Source: an uncultured Saprospiraceae bacterium
GTDB lineage: Bacteria; Actinomycetota; Acidimicrobiia; Spongiisociales; UBA5794
Assembly (NCBI GenBank): GCA_964195515.1
Contig: CAXMQO010000036.1
Span: forward strand, 1-58,959
DNA length: 58,959 nucleotides
Direction: 5' to 3'
Part shown: one piece after another, positions 46,902 through 56,424 of the stretch
How positions within the stretch are numbered: position 1 is the first letter of the stretch
Layout of the letters: each line of letters opens with the position of its first letter
Notes under the pieces: model-generated
Databases searched by the model: none
Told to the model about the DNA's origin: nothing
The model's input: only the letters and a program-made list of their open reading frames with translations
Position numbers and translations under genes: made by a program

Positions 46902-48110
46902 ATGACTGAGACCACATCGACCGCAGACCTCGATCAGGGTGAGAGCGGTGAGTTCCAGACCGGACGAGTCGTCTCTATTGCCGGCGGCCATGCCGTCCAC
47001 GACACCTTCACCGCATTCCTGGCCCCCCTCCTGCCGACGTTCGTCGAGAAGTTCTCTCTTACCAACGCGGCCGCCGGTCTTCTCGCTGCATTCCTCCAGA
47101 TCCCCTCGCTCCTACAACCGGTGATCGGGCACCTCGCCGATCGAACCACGCTTCGATGGATCGTCGTGCTCGGCCCCGGCGTCACCGCAACGGTGATGAG
47201 CTTCCTGGGTTGGGCGCCAACCTATGCGACGCTCGCCATTCTCCTGTTTGCAGCCGGATTGAGCGTGGCAGCCTTCCATGCCACGGCGCCGGTCGCCGTC
47301 GGATACCTGTCCGGGAATCGACTCGGGCGCGGCATGGGCTTCTGGATGGTCGGAGGCGAACTGGGCCGCACGTTCGGACCGCTCGTCCTCGTCAGCGCGT
47401 TGGTCGTCATGTCATTGAAGCAGACCGCCTTCTTGTCTCTCGCCGGAATCGCCACGTCGGCGATCCTCTACTTCCTGCTCCGGGATGTGCCGCTTCGAAC
47501 CCGCGACCACGGCGAGCAGGTGCCCTGGAGGACCGCCCTTCGGGGAATGCGGAACTTCATGCTGGTGCTCGGCGGGCTCACCGTCATGCGGAGCATGATG
47601 ATGCTGGCAACCACCGTCTTCCTGCCGCTGTATCTCACGGAGAGCGGATCGAGTATCTGGTTGGCCGGGGCTGCTCTGTCGATTGTCGAAGCCGCGGGGG
47701 TCGCCGGGGCCTTCGCCGGAGGCTGGATCAGCGACCAGGTCGGGCGACGGGCGGTGCTCATCTTCGGTCAGGTCACGGCCCCCGTCGCCCTCTGCCTCTT
47801 TCTCGTCGCGGATGGCTGGCTGCGCATCGCTGCCCTGCCGTTGATCGGCTTCTCACTGCTCGCCGTTCCGCCGGTCATCATGGCCCTGGTTCAAGAGCAG
47901 GCGCCGAGGAGTCGGGCGCTTGCCAATGGTTTCTATCTCTCGATGTCGATGGCCATCCGGTCGATCGCTGCCGTCGGCTACGGCGCCTTCGCCGACCGAT
48001 TCGGCTTGGAGACCGCGATGGTCATGGGAGTCATCTCCATGTTCGGCGGTCTCCCGCTCATCTGGCTCCTCTTCCGCCCCCTTGGTGCTCCGCGAACCCA
48101 AGGCTCGTAG
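46902..48110 (+). CDS. MFS transporter (FsR-like)
   Basis: HAVHD, GHLADR, AFHAT, GGELG, GGWISDQVGRR; about 12 TM segments. Confidence 0.85.
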   Translation: MTETTSTADLDQGESGEFQTGRVVSIAGGHAVHDTFTAFLAPLLPTFVEKFSLTNAAAGLLAAFLQIPSLLQPVIGHLADRTTLRWIVVLGPGVTATVMSFLGWAPTYATLAILLFAAGLSVAAFHATAPVAVGYLSGNRLGRGMGFWMVGGELGRTFGPLVLVSALVVMSLKQTAFLSLAGIATSAILYFLLRDVPLRTRDHGEQVPWRTALRGMRNFMLVLGGLTVMRSMMMLATTVFLPLYLTESGSSIWLAGAALSIVEAAGVAGAFAGGWISDQVGRRAVLIFGQVTAPVALCLFLVADGWLRIAALPLIGFSLLAVPPVIMALVQEQAPRSRALANGFYLSMSMAIRSIAAVGYGAFADRFGLETAMVMGVISMFGGLPLIWLLFRPLGAPRTQGS

Positions 48111-48256
48111 ATGCGCACAGGTGTCTCCGGGAGCCCACAGTTCCAGAAGCGCCCCCCATCTGTCGACCGGGAGACCACTTCAATCGCACAGAGCACATGC
48201 CGCGTTGTCAGGAGACGGGTCGAACCAGCCGACTACGAACGGGCTTCGACCAGCGC

Positions 48257-48361
48257 TTCCTCGGACTCCCCCACCCCACCCGGTTCTACTACCGGGGCAA
48301 ACCGTGGTTCCTCCCCGCGGGCGGTGTGCTTCTCCGCAATCTCGACCGGATCGGCCGATAG
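48257..48361 (+). pseudogene. 3' remnant of a FAD-dependent oxidoreductase (PuuB/DadA-like)
   Basis: FLGLPHPTRFYYRGKPWFLPAGGVLLRNLDRIGR-stop with high GC3; upstream body absent. Confidence 0.5.
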
Positions 48362-48441
48362 GCCAAATCCCGGTCCGGGCAACCGCTGACCCGACCTGAT
48401 CCGTCGGAATATGCCGCCTCGATCGGTAGGTTGCGGTCAAC

Positions 48442-49281
48442 ATGGAGCCTGTTGAAACGACCGTACCTGTCTGCTATCGGCACCCGGACCGCATCACCGG
48501 CCTGTCATGCAGTCGCTGTGGAAAGCCGATCTGCGTCGAGTGCAGTCACGACCACCCGGTCGGCCAACTCTGCCCGGAGTGCGCGGCTCCCAGCGGACGA
48601 CACAAGGTTATTCAGGGCCGTGAGATCTACGGCAAGTCAACGTTCCAAACGGCACCGGTCAGTTTCTCGATCATGGCCGTCACGGTCGCGATCTACATCG
48701 CCGGGATACTCTCCGTCGATCTCGACGACCTGCTGTTCCAGAACCTCGCCCAGGCGAACTGGCTTGTCGCCGCCGGCGAATGGTGGCGCATCTTCACGGC
48801 GGCCCTCCTCCACGGATCGTGGATGCACATCGGGTTCAACATGTACGCGCTGTATCTCTTCGGACCCCGGATGGAGCAACAGGTCGGATCACCGTCGTTT
48901 GCCGCGCTGTACGTCGCCGCAGCCGGAGCCGGAGGATTGGCGTCGTATCTCTTCGGCTCGATCGACCAGGTCAGCATCGGGGCCTCCGGTGCGATCTTCG
49001 GTCTCTTCGGTGCGTGGATCTTCGTGGCGTGGAAGATGCGCCACACGCCGGGTGGCCGATCGATGTTCACTCAGTTGTTCGTACTTCTCGCGATCAATGT
49101 CGTCATCAGCTTCGCCCCCGGCATCGACGGATTGGCCCACCTCGGCGGATTCATCGCCGGTATCGGCATCGCTGCTCTGTGGTCGTTCCTCGCCGTAGGC
49201 AAGTCGAATGCGGTAGGGATTCGAACCGCAATAGCACTCGGAGTGATTGCCCTGGACCTGGCCGCCGTCCTCCTCTTGTGA
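48442..49281 (+). CDS. Rhomboid intramembrane serine protease with N-terminal B-box-like Zn finger
   Basis: CYRH...CSRC...CVEC...CPEC; WWRIFTAALLH, GASGA, AHLGG. Confidence 0.92.
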   Translation: MEPVETTVPVCYRHPDRITGLSCSRCGKPICVECSHDHPVGQLCPECAAPSGRHKVIQGREIYGKSTFQTAPVSFSIMAVTVAIYIAGILSVDLDDLLFQNLAQANWLVAAGEWWRIFTAALLHGSWMHIGFNMYALYLFGPRMEQQVGSPSFAALYVAAAGAGGLASYLFGSIDQVSIGASGAIFGLFGAWIFVAWKMRHTPGGRSMFTQLFVLLAINVVISFAPGIDGLAHLGGFIAGIGIAALWSFLAVGKSNAVGIRTAIALGVIALDLAAVLLL

Positions 49282-49283
49282 CG

Positions 49284-49315
49284 AGTAGAGCAGAGAAGCA
49301 GTAGAGCAGTAGACC
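49284..49315. repeat. Octamer tandem (AGTAGNNN)n
   Basis: AGTAGAGC AGAGAAGC AGTAGAGC AGTAGACC between convergent genes. Confidence 0.6.
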
Positions 49316-49326
49316 CGTGGGCATAC

Positions 49327-49995
49327 CTACCCGGTGTCGCGGTAGGCAGGTAGGCCCTCGATGGCAAGGGCTTCGACCGCTACTTCTTCGAGCCGATTTG
49401 GATCGACCAGGAGTGCCCGGACCACGAACGTGGCGGTTCGAGTCGGCAGATGTGTCGGCAGCTTCTCGCCGAGCGACCGCCCTCGAATCGTCTCCAGCAT
49501 CAGCCCGGAAACGGCCTGACGGGCGAAGCTGACCTCGATCTCGATGAACTCGCCGGATTCGATGCCCTGCCGGATGAGGTCCGCGACGGCAACGTGCAGC
49601 TTGAGGGCAGTCTGACCCCACGGCTTGAACTCCTCATCCATCAGCACGTCGCTGTTGAAGATCCCCCGAAGGTCGTATGGGGACTCCATGAGGTACCGGA
49701 AGTCCTCGACGAGGAACCGGTAGAGCCGGGCGGCGGGGCTCCCGGATACGCCTGCCAGATGCTCGGCTACGACGGCGGAGTCATCGAGAGAGTAGCTGAG
49801 GAGTTCCTGGAATATGGCTTCTTTGTTCGGAAAGTGGTGGAACAGCGAAGGCTGCCGAATGCCGACCGCCGTGGCAATGTCACGAGTCGAGGTGCCGTAG
49901 TAGCCACGCACCGCGAACAAGCGGGACGCCTCACGCAAGATCCGCTCGCGAGTCGTGATCGTCTGTTCGGTCGGAGATGCCGCTGCTGCACTCAC
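49327..49995 (-). CDS. TetR family regulator
   Basis: TRERILREASRLF...GYYGTSTRDIATAVGIRQPSLFHHFPNKE. Confidence 0.92.
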   Translation of the reverse strand: MSAAAASPTEQTITTRERILREASRLFAVRGYYGTSTRDIATAVGIRQPSLFHHFPNKEAIFQELLSYSLDDSAVVAEHLAGVSGSPAARLYRFLVEDFRYLMESPYDLRGIFNSDVLMDEEFKPWGQTALKLHVAVADLIRQGIESGEFIEIEVSFARQAVSGLMLETIRGRSLGEKLPTHLPTRTATFVVRALLVDPNRLEEVAVEALAIEGLPAYRDTG

Positions 49996-50109
49996 GACGA
50001 CAGCCTACCGCTCGATAGGGTCGTGGCTCGAGGTGGATGAGTACGGAAGCCAACGATTGAGACCATGTGAGTGCCGGCGAGCACACGAGGGGGTGGTAGC
50101 TTGTCCATC

Positions 50110-50871
50110 GTGATTGTGGCCATCACCCGCCCAACGGGCACCGAACTTCGTGATTGCGAACTGACACACGTCGACCGGATCCCGATCGACGTGGAACGGG
50201 CCCTCGCACAGCACAACGACTACCAGAGTGTGTTGCGCTCCCTCGGGGTGAAGGTCGTTGAACTTCCCCGACTCCCGAGTCACCCTGACGCCGTCTTCGT
50301 GGAAGACACGGCGCTGGTCCTACCCGAGGTTGCCGTGTTGTTGCGGCCCGGCCCCGAGTCACGACGGGCTGAGGTGCCGTCCATGGCGACAGCGCTCGCC
50401 GACTATCGAGAGCTTCGCGAGATGGAGGCGCCGGCAACGCTTGACGGAGGTGACGTCATCGTCTTCGGCAAGAACCTGCTCGTGGGACAGACGACCCGAT
50501 CGAACCCTGCCGGGATAGCCGCACTGGCCGACCTGTTGTCACCGTTCGGCTACACGGTTGAGGCAGTCCCGGTTTACGGAGTGCTGCACCTGAAATCGGC
50601 TACCACCGTCGTCGACGACGAGACGCTGATCGTCTTCTCGCCCTCCGTCGATCTGACCGCTCTCGGAGCCAGGCTGCTCCAGGCTCATCCCGATGAACCA
50701 CGGGGAGCCAATGTCGTGCGCGTGGGGGACACGCTGTTGGTGGATGGCTCGGCGCCACGGACCATGGCCATGCTGGGTGCCTTCGTCGACAACATCGTGG
50801 AGGTACACGTCGACGAGTTCGCCAAAGCCGAAGGCGCCATCAGCTGCAAAGGCGTCATCTTCGAGGCGTAA
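50110..50871 (+). CDS. Dimethylarginine dimethylaminohydrolase (amidinotransferase fold)
   Basis: AITRP, PDAVFVEDT, LDGGD, HLKS, EGAISC; start approximate. Confidence 0.87.
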   Translation: MIVAITRPTGTELRDCELTHVDRIPIDVERALAQHNDYQSVLRSLGVKVVELPRLPSHPDAVFVEDTALVLPEVAVLLRPGPESRRAEVPSMATALADYRELREMEAPATLDGGDVIVFGKNLLVGQTTRSNPAGIAALADLLSPFGYTVEAVPVYGVLHLKSATTVVDDETLIVFSPSVDLTALGARLLQAHPDEPRGANVVRVGDTLLVDGSAPRTMAMLGAFVDNIVEVHVDEFAKAEGAISCKGVIFEA

Positions 50872-50937
50872 GTTCCCGGCCTGGTGGTCTGTCGGTCAAC
50901 TGGTGATCCCGGTCTGGAGCAGATCCGGGCCGCTCAC

Positions 50938-51582
50938 CTACGTCCGCGCCCTCCAGATCGGCCACTCCTCCGGGGCGATGAAGGCCTCCGGGAAAGGCTT
51001 GGTAGGGCGATGATCCCCGCTCCCCAGACCACCTTCGTACCAGGGAATCCGATCGACACACTCAAGCAGTTCATAGGCCATGGACTTGAGCGTGCACGGG
51101 ATAGCACCGGCCTGATACAAACGACGAAGCGCAGGGCCGGGCTGGGGCTCCGTGGTGAACAAGCAGTCCTCCAGCAGGAACACCTCGTAGCCCATCTCCA
51201 GCAGCCCAAGCGTCGACTGCAAGACACAGACGTCGGTCTCAGCGCCTGCCACGGCGAACTGCCGCACGGGGAGTCGCTCAATAACCTCGCGAATTTCGGG
51301 TTCGGACGCACTGCCGAAGTAGTTCTTCACGTACCGCTCGCCGCTTGCAGGGGAGAGTGCCTCGAGCCGGTCTGGGAGTTCGCCGTTCTCGGAAACCGGC
51401 TGCTCGAAGGTGGTGATCAGCGGCAGGTCCATCCAGTCGGTCAACATCAGCAAGTGTTCGAGTCGCATCAGAAGCGCCTCGCGTTCCTCGTCCCGATCGG
51501 CGAACGCAAGGTCCACGAAGAACGGCTGGACATCGATCAAGAGGACGCCAATGTCCGAGCGATCAATCCTCGCGATACCCAC
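50938..51582 (-). CDS. Isochorismatase family hydrolase
   Basis: Minus strand (track label is wrong); LLIDVQ, TFEQP, KNYFG, GAETDVCVLQS; GGAGG 7 nt before GTG 51582. Confidence 0.85.
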   Translation of the reverse strand: MGIARIDRSDIGVLLIDVQPFFVDLAFADRDEEREALLMRLEHLLMLTDWMDLPLITTFEQPVSENGELPDRLEALSPASGERYVKNYFGSASEPEIREVIERLPVRQFAVAGAETDVCVLQSTLGLLEMGYEVFLLEDCLFTTEPQPGPALRRLYQAGAIPCTLKSMAYELLECVDRIPWYEGGLGSGDHRPTKPFPEAFIAPEEWPIWRART

Positions 51583-51841
51583 TTGCTTTCCTCCTCGGTG
51601 GTGTAGCGAAGCAGAGTAGTTGAGGCCCTCAGGGGCGCCGAAAGCACTCAGCTTCCCGTCAGTCCTCATATCCATGGTCCCCGCCCCGAAAGCCCCCCTG
51701 CTTCGTCGCTGACGCTCCTCGCGTCCCCCGCAAAGTCTGGATCCGCGATTGCGCGGTGTCGATTCGTCCGGATCCTCTTGCTCTGTAGCGGTTTGCCGGC
51801 GTGTTCTGGATGCACAGTTCTGGTGGGTTCGGAGCGAACAG

Positions 51842-52084
51842 CCTCTCCCGCGCAGCGGGGGAGGTGGGCCGAGAGGGCCGGGGATCGGAGGGGGCATCTG
51901 CGCGGGCGGCTGTTCGAATCGAGTGGCCCCCTCTGCCCTGCCGGGCATCTCCCCCACTTCGTGGTGGAGAGACTCAGACTCGGCTGAAGCACCGAGAAAC
52001 CCCGGATTGAGGCAAAGCCGGGGGGACAGTTCTTCTCCTCTCCCGTGGAGCGGGGGAGGTGCCGACGTAGGAGGCGGAGGGGGC
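51842..52084. repeat. Cluster of three REP-like palindromic units in alternating orientation
   Basis: About 50-nt units CCTCTCCC..GGGGGAGG..GGAGGGGGC at 51842-51895 (+), 51926-51973 (inverted), 52037-52084 (+). Confidence 0.65.
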
Positions 52085-52231
52085 TTCGGATCGGAGGCTG
52101 CTCTGGGAACCCGTATCAACGTGATGTGGTCGAGAGGCCCCACAACCGCGGGGAACATGAAGGCGGTCCCCCATCTTCAGAGCGGGGGGACCTGCCTGTC
52201 TGTTTCGGAGCTACTGCGACATTCGCCGGAC

Positions 52232-53164
52232 TCAGCCTCCCGTGAAGTAGTGGTCCGCGACGAGCAACGCGCCGTCCGTCCCCGTGACGATCCGCCGCAC
52301 ACCCGTCGCGGGATAGTCCGTGCCACTCCGATTGATCGTGCCGCCCTCCGATGACACGAGCCAAGTCCCGCTGCCGGTCTCGACGGCGTAGTACGGCCCT
52401 TCGTTCGTAGAGTGCCAGTTCACGCTCTCCGACCAGCCAAACAGGGACGACCGAACACCCTCCATGTCGGAATCAACCACCTCGCCCTCTGAGTGGACTC
52501 GGTACTGCGGTGTCACCAGCACTTCGAGGGCGTCCGCGTCGTACGCGTTCCACGCCGCGTTGTACTCCTGTATGAGCTCCACAACTTCGGGCGGGGCGGC
52601 CGTCGGGCTGGCGGGGCGCATCATCAGGGTCATCCAGGCGATGAGGCCGACCAGAGCGATTGCCATGACGACGATCACCGCGATCGGCCACCGGCTCCGT
52701 TGCTCCGCCTTCTCGGTCGTTTGATCTTCGGTATCGGTTTGCTCGATGGTCTCCATGACCCTCACCCTTCCTTGGTCGGGTTCGATCTCTTCCTCGTTCT
52801 CTGTTCGCTTCATCGATCGGTGCACCAGCCACACGACGAACCCGGCGGCAACGGCGGCAACGGCTGCTGCAATCAGCCAGACCCCGATCGTGCCCCCGTC
52901 AACCTCAACGCCCTCGGCGGCTCCAGCTCCCGCGTCACCGTAGATCCGGGGGGTGAGTTTCAGGACGGAGGCCAGACCTCCGAGGCCGACGAGGGTCGCT
53001 GCGAACGCCCCGACCGCTGCCCAAGCAGGCTGGAGGTTGCGCTTCGCATGGAGCGGCCGAAGCGTGCCTTCACTGACCCTGGCCCGGGCGATGACGTCCT
53101 CGACGGAGATCCGCTCGACACCAGCGTCGAAGTACTCACGCAGTTGCGTTTCAGGCCGTGACAT
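52232..53164 (-). CDS. Membrane protein, putative anti-sigma, with C-terminal NTF2/SnoaL-like domain
   Basis: Overlaps the ECF gene end; three hydrophobic segments; YNAAWNAYDADALEVLVTP NTF2-like start. Confidence 0.55.
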   Translation of the reverse strand: MSRPETQLREYFDAGVERISVEDVIARARVSEGTLRPLHAKRNLQPAWAAVGAFAATLVGLGGLASVLKLTPRIYGDAGAGAAEGVEVDGGTIGVWLIAAAVAAVAAGFVVWLVHRSMKRTENEEEIEPDQGRVRVMETIEQTDTEDQTTEKAEQRSRWPIAVIVVMAIALVGLIAWMTLMMRPASPTAAPPEVVELIQEYNAAWNAYDADALEVLVTPQYRVHSEGEVVDSDMEGVRSSLFGWSESVNWHSTNEGPYYAVETGSGTWLVSSEGGTINRSGTDYPATGVRRIVTGTDGALLVADHYFTGG

Positions 53165-53645
53165 CTGCGCTCACCCCCAATGCCTGCCGTATCCGCCGCA
53201 GCCCCCGTTCGGCGTGCGTCCTCACCGACCAGCGGGAGATACCGAGCAGATCGGCCACCTCCCGTTCGCTGTGCTCCATCCCGTGGATCAGCACGACGGC
53301 CACCCTCTGGTTCTTCGACAGGCTGGCGAGCGCATCGGTGAGACCGGGCTCGACCCTGGGGATCTCGGTCGCGGGCAGAACGGGAAACTGCACCTGGGAG
53401 CGGTAGTACCGGCGGGCCTTCGACTGGCCGACCCGGTACAGGTAGCCGGCAGGGTTGCGTTTGTCCTCGAGGGTCTCCCAGTGTTCCCAGGCCCATGCCA
53501 ACGCATCCGCGGTTGCCTCCGCCCCGACTTCTAACCCGTACGCTGCGGCGAGTGCGTACGAGAGTCGCGGCTCCGTCTCCTTGACGAATCGGGTGAACGC
53601 TTGTCGCTCATCGGGTTCCACGGTCCCTCCGTGACTCTCATCCAA
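53151..53645 (-). CDS. ECF RNA polymerase sigma factor
   Basis: EATADALAWAWEHW, AGYLYRVG, LSKNQRVAVVL...EVADLLGISRWSVRTHAERG; start uncertain. Confidence 0.85.
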   Translation of the reverse strand: MDESHGGTVEPDERQAFTRFVKETEPRLSYALAAAYGLEVGAEATADALAWAWEHWETLEDKRNPAGYLYRVGQSKARRYYRSQVQFPVLPATEIPRVEPGLTDALASLSKNQRVAVVLIHGMEHSEREVADLLGISRWSVRTHAERGLRRIRQALGVSADVTA

Positions 53646-53734
53646 TTAGACCATCGAACACCCCTCGGTGGGCGACAAACACTATCGATGGACGTACCGG
53701 CCGCCGACGCCAAGTACGCTTTGGGGCGAATCCC

Positions 53735-54751
53735 ATGAGTACCTACCACAAGACCGGCGCCGATCTCAACGCAGGCGAAGCCCTCGTCGACCGGATTGGT
53801 TGGAGGGTAATGTCGACCTGGACCGATGACGTGATCCCGGGGTTCGGTGGATTCGCCGCCGGAATCCGCGTCCCACCCGGCTACCAGAGACCTGTGCTGA
53901 TGATGGCGACGGGCGGAATCGGCACGAAGGCCGAGATTGCCCGGGTCACCGGCCTCGTCGAAGGTCTCGGTTATGACCTCCTTGCCCTCGTTGGTGACGA
54001 CCTCGCCGCCGCCGGAGCGATCCCGATCGCCATACAGGACTACATCGCCGTCGGATATCTGGATCTGGATCGAATTGAGATGCTCGTTGAGTCGGTCGTC
54101 GATGCATGCGCCGACAACGACGTGGCGCTTCTCAGCGGTGAGACGGCCGAACACCCGGGAACCATCGAAGGAGATCGCTTCGACCTCGCAGCCACGGCGC
54201 TCGGCATCGTCGAACTCGGAGACGAAGTCGACAATGGACGGATCGAAGTTGGCGACGTGATCATCGGCGTGTTCAGCCCCAATCTCCGATCGAACGGGTT
54301 CTCTCTCGTCAGGGCGCTCATCGTCGATCAACTCGACCTCGACGCCCCGTTCCCCGGTTCGGATCGAACGGTCGCAGAGACCCTCCTCGACCCGTCGGTC
54401 GTCTACGCCCCCGCCGTCATGAACGCCCTCGCACGATCCGAAGCCCACGGGCTGGCTCACATCACGGGGGGCGGAATTCCCGGCAACATCGCCGGGATCC
54501 TCCCGGAAGGGACCGCCGCCGACATCGAACGATCCCGATGGACGATTCCAGACGTCTTCCACGTCATCCAGGATCTCGGGTCCGTTGCCGAAGAAGAGAT
54601 GTTCCGAACCTTCAATATGGGTATCGGGTTCGTCGCCGTCGCCCCCGAAGGCGATGCCGATCTACTCATCAGGGGCTTCGATTCCCACGGTCACGGCGCA
54701 ACCGTGATAGGAAGGATCGTAGAGGGTGAGCAAACGGTGAAGATCGACTGA
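53735..54751 (+). CDS. purM: Phosphoribosylformylglycinamidine cyclo-ligase (AIR synthase), variant
   Basis: GFGGF, GETAEHP, SNGFSL, AHITGGG, EMFRTFNMG; TGGIGTK in place of TDGVGTK. Confidence 0.8.
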   Translation: MSTYHKTGADLNAGEALVDRIGWRVMSTWTDDVIPGFGGFAAGIRVPPGYQRPVLMMATGGIGTKAEIARVTGLVEGLGYDLLALVGDDLAAAGAIPIAIQDYIAVGYLDLDRIEMLVESVVDACADNDVALLSGETAEHPGTIEGDRFDLAATALGIVELGDEVDNGRIEVGDVIIGVFSPNLRSNGFSLVRALIVDQLDLDAPFPGSDRTVAETLLDPSVVYAPAVMNALARSEAHGLAHITGGGIPGNIAGILPEGTAADIERSRWTIPDVFHVIQDLGSVAEEEMFRTFNMGIGFVAVAPEGDADLLIRGFDSHGHGATVIGRIVEGEQTVKID

Positions 54752-54760
54752 GTTGATCCC

Positions 54761-54918
54761 AGTAGCGGAGTAGCCGAGTAGCCGAGTAGCGGAGTAGCTG
54801 AGAAGAGCTGCCTCGTACCAACTTGCACCTTTGGCTGTGACCGATCATGCGAACAGATGCTCGCGACGACTGAGGGGAGTCTTCCTCCAGTGCTCGGCTA
54901 CTCCGCTACTCCGCTACC
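54761..54918. repeat. Inverted arrays of (AGTAGCSG)n octamers
   Basis: Six octamers at 54761-54808 and three reverse-complement octamers at 54895-54918, between convergent genes. Confidence 0.75.
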
Positions 54919-54921
54919 TGC

Positions 54922-55725
54922 TTACTCGCCACACGTCACTCCGCCGAGAATGCTCGTAGTCAGATCGGCGTCCCCCTGACCGGTCGCGTAGCCGAACAGT
55001 TGAGCATCGTCGGATGGGTCGCTGTCGATCCACCACACGCCGTCGGTCGGATCCCAGGGGCTCTCGTCGATCTCGATCGTCGGGTACATCCCTCGAGCAG
55101 CCAACAGGGTCGTCCCCACCGTCATCCCCGGCTCTGTGGTGAGAGCGAGGTCGCCGCCGTAGTAGTCGTATCCGAACAGGTGCTCTCCGCCCGCCGGCTT
55201 GTGACTTGTCGATGCTTTCGTGAACAACAAAGTGAAGGCGTGGCCGAAGCCGCTCGGGCTCTCGCCCCATTGAACGCCGCGCACCTCGGGTGGTGGGCAG
55301 GTCCCAAACTCACTGAACGAATCCACCCACCCCGTGTCGCGATCAGCCGGACCAAGGACCGCCGTTGCATACGCGATCGCCTGGTCCGGAGATGCCCCGA
55401 ATCCAACGCCGCCAATGCCGTCGGACTGCAAGACGAGGGGAGGAATCGTGGTGGTCGTCGTCGAAGTAGTCGTCGATGAGGGCGTCGCCGTGGTCGTTGA
55501 CACGGTCGTGGTGGTTGGCGCCTCAGTGGTCGTCGTCGCCTCGCTCGTCGTCTCTTCCACCGAACTCGTCGTCGCTTCAGTCGTGCTGATTGGCAGCGTT
55601 GTGGTCTCCAACGCTTCGTCGCTCCCGCCGACGGTGCGCAGCAGAAACAGCACAATGAGGGCCAGAATCAACCCGCCGACGACTCCGAGGAGAATCGCCA
55701 AGAATTGCGACTTTCGTTCTGCCAC
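54922..55725 (-). CDS. Membrane-anchored exported protein with Thr-rich stalk
   Basis: N-terminal TM helix, long Thr/Ser/Glu tract, C-terminal globular part with two Cys. Confidence 0.7.
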   Translation of the reverse strand: MAERKSQFLAILLGVVGGLILALIVLFLLRTVGGSDEALETTTLPISTTEATTSSVEETTSEATTTTEAPTTTTVSTTTATPSSTTTSTTTTTIPPLVLQSDGIGGVGFGASPDQAIAYATAVLGPADRDTGWVDSFSEFGTCPPPEVRGVQWGESPSGFGHAFTLLFTKASTSHKPAGGEHLFGYDYYGGDLALTTEPGMTVGTTLLAARGMYPTIEIDESPWDPTDGVWWIDSDPSDDAQLFGYATGQGDADLTTSILGGVTCGE

Positions 55726-55780
55726 GAATGCAGCCTACGCGGACTGAGCAGAAGACCGCGGACCAAGTAGCGTTGCGACC

Positions 55781-56389
55781 ATGAGCGGACCCCCCACGTA
55801 CCCAATCACCGTCGAATCCCCGGTTGACGACGAGGAAAGGAACCGGTGGCTCGCAGCCTCGGGGATCATCCTGGTCAAGGCCATTCTCCTCCTGCCGCAC
55901 ATCGTGCTTTTGTTCCTGTTCGGCTTGATGATCCAGATCCTGGCGTGGATCGGCTACTGGGGTATCGCTTTCACCGGCCACATGCCCGACCTCATCCGCC
56001 GCCTCGAACTCATCTTCCTTCGGTGGATCACGCGGATCGTTGCCTGGTTCGCCGGCACCACCGACGTCTACCCGACGTTCGGCGCCGAGCAGAACTATCC
56101 CGTGACGGTCTCGATCGAGCCGGCGCCGGAACCGCAGAGTCGCCTCCTCGCCATGCTCGGCATCGTGCTTCTCCGCTCGATCGCCGCACTTCCACATTTC
56201 CTCATCCTGTTCCTAATGAGCTTCGGGGTACTGCTCGTCGCTTGGATCGGCTACTTCGTCGTCGTGCTCACCGGCCAGTTGCCTCTCGGCATCCATGAGT
56301 TCGTCCTCAACTACCAGCGCTGGTTGGCTCGAGCGTGGGGTTGGACGGTTGGACTCACCGACGAGTATCCCCCGTTCACGCTGGGGTGA
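55781..56389 (+). CDS. DUF4389 domain membrane protein (two repeats)
   Basis: ATG AGC GGA at 55781 on + strand (track label is wrong); duplicated LPHI/LPHF...AW segments and YPTF/YPPF motifs. Confidence 0.78.
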   Translation: MSGPPTYPITVESPVDDEERNRWLAASGIILVKAILLLPHIVLLFLFGLMIQILAWIGYWGIAFTGHMPDLIRRLELIFLRWITRIVAWFAGTTDVYPTFGAEQNYPVTVSIEPAPEPQSRLLAMLGIVLLRSIAALPHFLILFLMSFGVLLVAWIGYFVVVLTGQLPLGIHEFVLNYQRWLARAWGWTVGLTDEYPPFTLG

Positions 56390-56392
56390 CAT

Positions 56393-56413
56393 CCAGCTGC
56401 CAGCTACCAGGTA
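56393..56413. repeat. Heptamer tandem CCAGCTR
   Basis: CCAGCTG CCAGCTA CCAGGTA in a 35-nt gap between convergent genes. Confidence 0.4.
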
Positions 56414-56424
56414 CCACACGATTC

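Noticed and set aside
1-47000. Genomic island or mobile element explanation for the catabolic region
   Set aside because: No integrase, transposase, tRNA target or flanking direct repeats seen, and no obvious base-composition shift by eye
54761-54918. Possible CRISPR array
   Set aside because: Units are contiguous 8-mers with no spacers, and there are no cas genes in the window
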